Of a stretch of DNA of 42,185 nt, positions 19,370-26,104 are shown piece by piece. This DNA is from Deltaproteobacteria bacterium (GTDB taxonomy: Bacteria > Myxococcota_A > Polyangia > JAAYKL01). The stretch spans positions 1 to 42,185 of the forward strand of contig JAUVAN010000003.1 in NCBI GenBank assembly GCA_030591725.1, written 5' to 3'. Each line of letters opens with the position of its first letter. Position 1 is the stretch's first letter. The position numbers and the translations under genes were made by a program. The notes beneath the pieces were generated by a model. That model was not told the origin of the DNA. It saw only the letters and a program-made list of their open reading frames with translations, and did no database searches.

Positions 19370-20107
19370 ATGAGACGTTTCAAGAAGCCGGTGGTCGATA
19401 AGGTCGATCCTCGATACCCCGAATACGAGATTGCGCAAAAAAGCAGACGGGAATTCATGGTCCTTCTGGGGGGCGCGGGAGCGGCGAGCCTGCTGATGGG
19501 TTGCGGTTCAAAAAATGAGCCGTTGGCGGGAAAGGTCACTTCTCCTCACGGGAAACTCGACGGGACAGACGTTTCTGAAGGTGCCGACTCGGCGCTCCTG
19601 ATCGCAAAGGAACCCGGTGATGAGCCGTCTGATAGCCAGCGCAAGCCGTCTCCTCCGGGTATGCCGCCACGGCCCGAGCATCTGGAAGTGCTCCGTCTTC
19701 CGCCCAACGCTGTTTACATTGCCTCCTTCTCCGGGGGCGGCAGCATCTCCTTCGCCGTATGGATAGAACACGACAATCCCAACCTCAGACCGTTCGTTCA
19801 CAAGAACCTCGATACGATAGGAAAAGCATTCACTGACGTAATCTCAAGGGGGTTTCACGCCTCGGATTTCGATCATCCCCGGGGCGAGGCGAGCGCAACG
19901 CGGCGTTTGCAAGAAACACTTGAGAAGCTCTACACAGGCGAGACAGGCGAACCCGCGAGAATAGGGTACTTGCGGCTCGAGATAAAACGCAATGACGACA
20001 AGATACCGGTTCCCGGCGGAATCGTAGCCCCGGTCGAACCCGAACCGCGTCCACGCCCTCGAGGTGTACCCGTGCTCAGGCCCATCATCCCAAAGGGAGT
20101 CAAGTGA
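19370..20107 (+). CDS. Tat-type lipoprotein with PxYP leader and FliL-like domain (radical SAM partner 1)
   Basis: MRRFKKPVVDKVDPRYP...SRREFMVLLGGAGAASLLMGC (twin-Arg plus lipobox); paralogous to the next two genes. Confidence 0.7.
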   Translation: MRRFKKPVVDKVDPRYPEYEIAQKSRREFMVLLGGAGAASLLMGCGSKNEPLAGKVTSPHGKLDGTDVSEGADSALLIAKEPGDEPSDSQRKPSPPGMPPRPEHLEVLRLPPNAVYIASFSGGGSISFAVWIEHDNPNLRPFVHKNLDTIGKAFTDVISRGFHASDFDHPRGEASATRRLQETLEKLYTGETGEPARIGYLRLEIKRNDDKIPVPGGIVAPVEPEPRPRPRGVPVLRPIIPKGVK

Positions 20108-20205
20108 TTGAACGCCGTTCCTGACGCGGTGCCGAATAATCACTGATCCTTTTATCGTTTCATTCGTCGAAAGAACCAGGGGCGGAAAACCCCCGGGGTA
20201 AAAAA

Positions 20206-20814
20206 ATGAAACGATCAAAAAATCCAGTCCGGGCATCGAGTAATCCAGCGTATCCAGAAGCCCGCGATGTATCCCACGTCAACCGCAGGAAGTTCATCTC
20301 GCTGCTCACGGCGGGAACAGCCTCCATTGCTGTCTTCGGCGCGGCGAAGGCCATTGGCGCGGCCCCTCACGATCCCCGTTTCGCGCCTCCTCCCCCGCCC
20401 CGGCCGTACGACCCGCCCGATCATCCGGTCCCTGGCGGGATGCGGCCTCCGGTCTTTGCCAACTACCGCTTACCTTCCCATGGGAGCTGGTCGACAATGA
20501 TGGATGACGGGCGTTACGTATCCTATGCCCTCTGGATCAAATACGACTACACCGAAGTGTTGAGATGCGTGAAGAACAGCAGTTCCGCCATCCAGAGTTA
20601 CCTCGGCGAGCTCGTGCGCAGATACCTGTACACTGAGAATATGTACAACCCCCGGCGTTTGAGAAAAGTCGAGCGGAAGATCCTGAAGAAGATCCGACGC
20701 CTCCTCCCGGATGTTCTCGACGACGACCTGTTGGGCGTGGAACTTGAAATACTTCGGGAAAAATACATTCAACCACTGGACGGCGATGTAGCCATCCCGC
20801 ACTATTTCGACTGA
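20206..20814 (+). CDS. Tat-type exported protein with PxYP leader and FliL-like domain (radical SAM partner 2)
   Basis: MKRSKNPVRASSNPAYP...NRRKFISLLTAGTASIAVFGAAKA (twin-Arg plus AxA site); TGATG overlap with the next gene. Confidence 0.75.
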   Translation: MKRSKNPVRASSNPAYPEARDVSHVNRRKFISLLTAGTASIAVFGAAKAIGAAPHDPRFAPPPPPRPYDPPDHPVPGGMRPPVFANYRLPSHGSWSTMMDDGRYVSYALWIKYDYTEVLRCVKNSSSAIQSYLGELVRRYLYTENMYNPRRLRKVERKILKKIRRLLPDVLDDDLLGVELEILREKYIQPLDGDVAIPHYFD

Positions 20815-21536
20815 TGGCACGTAACAAGAAACCTGCATTCGCGGTTGCGGAACCGACGTATCCCAGCGTCGAAGACGCCGGAATCAACCGCAGGCGTTTT
20901 CTCGCAATTCTGGCCGGCGGCGCGGCGGCCACCGCGATCTTCACCGGTTGCAAAAAGAATGAACACGAAAGGCTTCCCGGACAAGAACCGGTTCCCCGGC
21001 TGTCAGGAGTAGCGCCCAACCCGGATCCGCCGGTGGAGGTAATTCCGCGTGCGTTCGCAATTCCCAGGATAGTACTCCCCGGTCTCGTCGATCTGAGCAA
21101 CGACCTGAATGCCCCCCCGCCCAACATTACCGGCATGCAGGTGAATCTGCCCGATCGAACATCTACGGCATTCACCCTCTTCTTTTCGTGGGAGACTGAC
21201 GCAGATCGCGACCTGATTGTCCGCCGTGCCGATCTGCTCATGACGACGGCGAGCAATTACCTTTCGAGCAGCTGCAATCATCGCTCTGTCACCGATCCGG
21301 TTGGCATTACCGAGACCCGGAACGCCCTTCGGCCGCTGCTCCTGGACAAACTCGGGAGACCGGGGCGAATTTACTTCCTCGATATCCAGTTCGGGCGGGT
21401 GGCACGTGTAGACCATGTCATGGGTCGTACGCCCAGACCCAGACCCCGGCCCCGGCCCCGGCCGAGACCGAAACCGCGCCTGAATGGCAAGTCTGCGATG
21501 CCGTTGAACGTCAAGGACCCCTTCAAGGAACGTTGA
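20814..21536 (+). CDS. Tat-type lipoprotein with PxYP leader and FliL-like domain (radical SAM partner 3)
   Basis: MARNKKPAFAVAEPTYP...NRRRFLAILAGGAAATAIFTGC; (RP)n tract; TGATG overlap with the radical SAM gene. Confidence 0.75.
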   Translation: MARNKKPAFAVAEPTYPSVEDAGINRRRFLAILAGGAAATAIFTGCKKNEHERLPGQEPVPRLSGVAPNPDPPVEVIPRAFAIPRIVLPGLVDLSNDLNAPPPNITGMQVNLPDRTSTAFTLFFSWETDADRDLIVRRADLLMTTASNYLSSSCNHRSVTDPVGITETRNALRPLLLDKLGRPGRIYFLDIQFGRVARVDHVMGRTPRPRPRPRPRPRPKPRLNGKSAMPLNVKDPFKER

Positions 21537-22630
21537 TGGACGTAACTCTTTTCCTGAATCATGCGTGCAATATGGCTTGCACATACTGCTACAACGGCAA
21601 CAAGTTTCATCGCCCCATGTCGGAAGAGATAATGCGAAAGGCCGTTGAGATGGCCTTCTTCGGGAAGGACGCGCGTGTCTCATTCTTCGGTGGCGAGCCG
21701 TTACTGGAGTGGGAAATGATGCAGCGGGCCATGGCCTACGCCCGCGATCTGGAGAAAAACAAATACGAGGGCAAGACCCCCGTGCGCTTCTCCATGACCA
21801 CCAATGGAACCCTGGTGTCAAGGGAGGTGCTCGAGATCCTGAAGAACGAACGCTTTCACCTCGTCTTCAGCCTCGACGGAAACCGCGAGTCACATGAGCG
21901 CACCCGATCCTTCGCGAACGGCGCCTCTTCGTATGATGTGATCGTGGAAAACCTGAAGCGCGCAGTCAAGGCCATTCCTTCGGTGGAGACAATAACGGTC
22001 ATCGATCCCCAAAACGCCGAGCTGATCCCTGAGTCGTTCGAATCGATAATGTCCCTCGGCGTGAAGAACCTGAACTTCTCCCTGAATTACGAAGCCGAAT
22101 GGACCGACGAGCAAGTGGCGACGCTCGAGCATTCTCTCGATCGGCTGGTGGATATCTATATCGCAAAATACCGTGAGGGTATCGACTTCGCGCTGGATCT
22201 GTTCGACTCCAAGGTGATCACCCACCTCAAGGGCGGATACGCCTGTCGAGATCGGTGCAAGTTTGGAAAGGAAGAACTCTGCGTTGCCCCCAGCGGCATG
22301 CTCTATCCCTGCGAGCGCCTGGTTGGAGAGGATACCCGTCATGACGTGACGATCGGAGACATCTGGAAGGGCCCCGATCTCCAGAAGGTTGTGGAGATGG
22401 GCAAACAAAAGGACGAGCCCGACGCCGAATGTGTGGACTGCAAGCTCCAGCACCGCTGTATGTTCTGGTGCGGCTGCGTCAACTACGCAACCACGGGCAA
22501 CGTGGGAGAGACGTCCGGTATCCTTTGCAAGCTCGAGCAGATGACCATCGCGGCTGCCGACAGGGCGGCGGGAACGCTCTTCAAGGAAGAAAACCCGATG
22601 TTTATCGGAAAGTTCTACTGCGCCACGTAG
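21536..22630 (+). CDS. radical SAM/SPASM domain enzyme (anSME-like maturase)
   Basis: CNMACTYC, FFGGEP, TTNGT, SLDG; SPASM cysteines CKFG...PSGMLYPC...CVDC-x5-C-x3-CGC...LC; no N-terminal RRE extension. Confidence 0.93.
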   Translation: MDVTLFLNHACNMACTYCYNGNKFHRPMSEEIMRKAVEMAFFGKDARVSFFGGEPLLEWEMMQRAMAYARDLEKNKYEGKTPVRFSMTTNGTLVSREVLEILKNERFHLVFSLDGNRESHERTRSFANGASSYDVIVENLKRAVKAIPSVETITVIDPQNAELIPESFESIMSLGVKNLNFSLNYEAEWTDEQVATLEHSLDRLVDIYIAKYREGIDFALDLFDSKVITHLKGGYACRDRCKFGKEELCVAPSGMLYPCERLVGEDTRHDVTIGDIWKGPDLQKVVEMGKQKDEPDAECVDCKLQHRCMFWCGCVNYATTGNVGETSGILCKLEQMTIAAADRAAGTLFKEENPMFIGKFYCAT

Positions 22631-22696
22631 ACTGGTTTTTCAGGGGAAAATGGCAACCTGTAAGAAGTGCGGCGACCGCCGCTCAGGAACTTAACC

Positions 22697-22918
22697 TCAC
22701 GAGAATCCACCGCCTCCACCGCAAGATCCCCTCGGCGCGCCGCAGGCGGGAAGCGACCCGCCCGACGAGCCCATGGAGACGGCAAATGACGAGAGAACCC
22801 GCTCTACGTCGTGGGAACCGCACCCGGGGCATTCCACGTCTTTGTTATCTTTCGAGTTGCGGATCAACTCCTCGAACACGTCGCTGCATTTTGTGCATTT
22901 GAACTCGTACATGGGCAT
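22697..22918 (-). CDS. FmdB family zinc-ribbon protein
   Basis: MPMYEFKCTKC...FEEL...CPGCGS...RVLS; GGAG upstream. Confidence 0.9.
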   Translation of the reverse strand: MPMYEFKCTKCSDVFEELIRNSKDNKDVECPGCGSHDVERVLSSFAVSMGSSGGSLPACGAPRGSCGGGGGFS

Positions 22919-22939
22919 GGGAAGAACTCCTTTTTTTAC

Positions 22940-24490
22940 CTAGTCTGAAATCAGCGAACGTCCGGTCATTTCCTGAGGGACCGGCAAGTTCATGAGGTGG
23001 AGTATGGTGGGCGCCACATCCCGCAGGGAGCCGCCCGATCGAAGGGTTACCTCTTTATATCGATCATCCACCAGAATGAGGGGCACCGGATTGAGGGTAT
23101 GGGCCGTGTGGGGCTCCCTCGTGCGTTCGTCCAGCATCTGCTCGCTGTTTCCGTGATCGGCCGTCACCAGCATTGCTCCGCCCCTGGCCATGATCGCATC
23201 GCGCAGCCGACCGAGCTGGACATCTACGGTAGCTGCCGCCTCCACCGCCGCCGCGAGCACCCCCGTGTGTCCAACCATGTCCGGGTTGGCGAAGTTCACC
23301 AGGATGAAGTTGTCGTTGTGCTTCTCGATGCGGGCGATCACGGCGTCAGCCACCTTCGATGCGCTCATGTCCGGCGCCAGATCGTATGTGGCCACCTCCC
23401 TGGGGGATGGGATGAGCTGCCGTTCCTCGAGGGGAAAAGGCTCCTCTGCGCCGCCGTTGAAAAAGAATGTGACGTGGGCGTATTTCTCGGTTTCGGCGAA
23501 TCGGTATTGGTGGAGGTTCCGGTCGGCAATTACCCGGCCGAGGATGTTGCTCAGGGGGTGCGGCAAAAAGGCTGCGGGAAGGCCGAAGTCGGAACGGTAC
23601 TCGGTCATGCAGATATAGGTTGCGAGACTGGGGATTTCTTCACGGGGAAACTGCGTAAAATCCGCGTCCGTGAGCGCCATGGTGATCTCCCTGGCTCTGT
23701 CCGCCCGGAAGTTGAAGAAGAAAACACCGTCCCCGTCGACGATATTCCCCCTGGGCTCGCCGTCGTCGCCGACGATTATCCGAGGCTCGATGAACTCGTC
23801 CGACTGACCGGCCTCGTACGCAGCGGCCACCGCCTCATCGCTTGTGTTGTGCCGGGATCCTTTGCCTGAAACATGGGCATCGTATCCGCGCCTCACGCGA
23901 TCCCAGCGATTATCCCGATCCATGCTCCAGTAACGGCCCACCACGACGGCGATCTCAGCCTTGCCGAAGATTTTCTTCTCGATTTCTGCCAGGTAGTCGC
24001 GCGCCGAGTAAGGCGGCGTGTCGCGCCCGTCGGTCAGGGCGTGTAGAAATACCCGGATGCCGGCCCCGCTGAGAAGATCGATCAACGCGTAGAGGTGCTC
24101 GAGGGAACTGTGCACCCCGCCAGGGGAGCAGAGCCCCATCACGTGCGCCCGCCCGCCCGATGCCCTGATCTTTTCTATGGCATCCTGGAAGACGGGGTTA
24201 TTCGTAAAACTTCCGTCCTCGAGTGCGTCGTTGATGCGAGTGAGCTCCTGCTTCACCACGCGACCCGACCCCAGGTTGAGATGTCCCACCTCGGAGTTGC
24301 CCATCTGCCCGTCGTCCGGAAGGCCCACGGCCTTCCCGTGCGCCAGAAGGGCAGTGTGCGGTCGGCTGGACCAGAGATCGTCGAAGACGGGTGTCGCAGC
24401 CAGGGAGAGCGCATTATACGGCCCGGCCGGGGCCATCCCCCAGCCGTCCATGACAACCAGCAACACCGGGCTCGTACCTGTCTCGTTCAT
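22940..24490 (-). CDS. gpmI: 2,3-bisphosphoglycerate-independent phosphoglycerate mutase
   Basis: MDGWG, GQMGNSEVGH, DGRDTPP, NFRADRAR, AETEKYAHVTFFFNGG, NPDMVGHTG, TADHGN. Confidence 0.97.
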   Translation of the reverse strand: MNETGTSPVLLVVMDGWGMAPAGPYNALSLAATPVFDDLWSSRPHTALLAHGKAVGLPDDGQMGNSEVGHLNLGSGRVVKQELTRINDALEDGSFTNNPVFQDAIEKIRASGGRAHVMGLCSPGGVHSSLEHLYALIDLLSGAGIRVFLHALTDGRDTPPYSARDYLAEIEKKIFGKAEIAVVVGRYWSMDRDNRWDRVRRGYDAHVSGKGSRHNTSDEAVAAAYEAGQSDEFIEPRIIVGDDGEPRGNIVDGDGVFFFNFRADRAREITMALTDADFTQFPREEIPSLATYICMTEYRSDFGLPAAFLPHPLSNILGRVIADRNLHQYRFAETEKYAHVTFFFNGGAEEPFPLEERQLIPSPREVATYDLAPDMSASKVADAVIARIEKHNDNFILVNFANPDMVGHTGVLAAAVEAAATVDVQLGRLRDAIMARGGAMLVTADHGNSEQMLDERTREPHTAHTLNPVPLILVDDRYKEVTLRSGGSLRDVAPTILHLMNLPVPQEMTGRSLISD

Positions 24491-24513
24491 GATTTGCTCC
24501 GAAATGCGAAACT

Positions 24514-24954
24514 CTATTTCTGGTATGGCACGTTTCTGATTATGCACAAGGCGCGATAGAGTTGTTCCATCAACATCAGGCGCGCCATCCGGTGTGGGAG
24601 GGTCATTTTCGAGAGTGCCAGGGTGAGCCCGGCGGCGTTCACCACATCGTCCGGCAGGCCGTCAGCTCCTCCTATTGAGAGCGTTACCTGGCGAAACCCC
24701 CTGTTCATCCATCCCGAGACGATCTTCGCAAACTGCCGGGAGTCGTGCTCCTCGCCCCGTTCGTCCAGCGCTACCAGGAGATCTCCCTTTTCGGCTTCCT
24801 TGAGCATTCTTGCGGCGATGCGGTCTTCGCGATCTTTCTTCAGGATGACCTCGTCCACGGGCAGGAACTTACGGCAGCGGGACGCATAGTCGGCCACCGC
24901 CGAGGCAAACGGATCGGATCGTTCTCTTCCGACGCTGACTATCTTGAGTTTCAC
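24514..24954 (-). CDS. rlmH: 23S rRNA pseudouridine(1915)-N3-methyltransferase
   Basis: LDERG, IGGADG, LSKMTLPH...EQLYRA...PYQK; follows rsfS. Confidence 0.95.
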   Translation of the reverse strand: MKLKIVSVGRERSDPFASAVADYASRCRKFLPVDEVILKKDREDRIAARMLKEAEKGDLLVALDERGEEHDSRQFAKIVSGWMNRGFRQVTLSIGGADGLPDDVVNAAGLTLALSKMTLPHRMARLMLMEQLYRALCIIRNVPYQK

Positions 24955-24960
24955 CCGGTT

Positions 24961-25320
24961 CTACCGGCTCTCGGCGACCCGCCGGATCGGCACCCTTACC
25001 GCGTCGATCCAGAGACCTTCCAGGTCGTAGAATCCGCGTGTCATATCCTCGAAGATATGGACCACGACTTCACCGTAATCCATGAGCACCCAATTGTTGT
25101 TCTCACGTCCTTCCACCCCGAGCGCCGTGACGCCCTCCTTCTTGAGAGTCGCCTCCACCTCCGAGGCGATGGCGTCCACCTGGCGATCCGTTCGCCCCGA
25201 GCAGATCACGATGTAGTCGGTGTAGTCCACCTTCTGCCCCACATCCATGATCTCCACTGATAGTGCTTGTTTTTCCAGCGCCGTATCGGCAATTTGAAGG
25301 GCCAATTCCTTTGCGTTCAA
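24961..25320 (-). CDS. rsfS: ribosome silencing factor
   Basis: DYIVICSG..RQVDAIA, WVLMDYGEVVVHIF, RGFYDLEGLW; GGAGGT RBS with a TTG start. Confidence 0.96.
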   Translation of the reverse strand: MNAKELALQIADTALEKQALSVEIMDVGQKVDYTDYIVICSGRTDRQVDAIASEVEATLKKEGVTALGVEGRENNNWVLMDYGEVVVHIFEDMTRGFYDLEGLWIDAVRVPIRRVAESR

Positions 25321-25330
25321 ACGTTACCTC

Positions 25331-26017
25331 CTACAGACCGAACTCGACCGCAACGAGGAACATGATGTTCATCGCCCGGATCGAGTCGTCGAATTCGTCG
25401 GGCATATCCTTGTATTCGTTGAGAACGTGCAGCGACCAGTACATTCCCGGCACGATGGAGATGGGTCCGACGGGGATGGCATACCCAACCCTTAACCGCG
25501 GTCCCATGTTGAAGCGTCGGAAATTGTCCCAGTCGTCTCCATCCCATTTGTGCTCGGTTTCGGTGTCCCCGGACTCTGATTTGCTCTTCCCCGTGAGGGC
25601 GAACGCAATCTCCCAGGCCGCGCCGATCTGCAGCCCTTTGATGTTCAGCATGACGCCCAGGGGAATGGTCAAGTAGGCGAACTTCAACCTGGTTTCGTAG
25701 TCGGCTTCGTAGCCCATTTCTTCTATGGTCCCCTCCTCGCGCGTTCCCTTCCCGACTATTCCCAGGCCGGCCTCCAGCGCCAGCAACGGCGTAAGATAGA
25801 AATCGAAATACGCGCCGCCGCCGCCCGCGAATCTGAACTTGGCGTCGTCGTAGTCTCCTACCTCATGGGCCATGCCCATCGTTACGTAGCCTCCGATTGC
25901 CATTGTTTTACCGTCATCCGGAACGTCGACGGTCAACACCGCCGTCTCCTGCGCCGAGGCGCTGGAACAGATGAGGCAGGTAGCAAGTGCGAGCCCGACT
26001 ATTGATGCTTTTTTCAT
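25331..26017 (-). CDS. outer-membrane beta-barrel protein (PorT/OMP_b-brl_2-like)
   Basis: Signal peptide ending ASA-Q, YLTIPLGV strand, C-terminal VAVEFGL; AGGAGG RBS. Confidence 0.75.
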   Translation of the reverse strand: MKKASIVGLALATCLICSSASAQETAVLTVDVPDDGKTMAIGGYVTMGMAHEVGDYDDAKFRFAGGGGAYFDFYLTPLLALEAGLGIVGKGTREEGTIEEMGYEADYETRLKFAYLTIPLGVMLNIKGLQIGAAWEIAFALTGKSKSESGDTETEHKWDGDDWDNFRRFNMGPRLRVGYAIPVGPISIVPGMYWSLHVLNEYKDMPDEFDDSIRAMNIMFLVAVEFGL

Positions 26018-26104
26018 AATTCCCTCCTGTCGACACCATGATGGCGTTGACGAAAAATGTGATACCATGTTTCCCTTTTCAAAAGAGAACACCAAGGAAG
26101 AGCC

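Noticed and set aside
21536-22630. Calling the radical SAM enzyme an anaerobic sulfatase maturase or a known RiPP maturase (ranthipeptide, mycofactocin, PQQ, splicease)
   Set aside because: No sulfatase, short Cys-rich precursor, PqqD/RRE or YG-type core is visible in the neighbouring genes.
22697-22918. FmdB-type peptide with a Gly/Cys-rich tail as the radical SAM substrate
   Set aside because: It is on the opposite strand at the end of the housekeeping operon, such tails are normal for this family, and it lacks the PxYP leader.
26030-26068. Imperfect inverted repeat and TTGACG/TACCAT boxes between divergent genes
   Set aside because: The palindrome is only 8/10 and the box spacing is 10 bp rather than about 17, so support is too weak.
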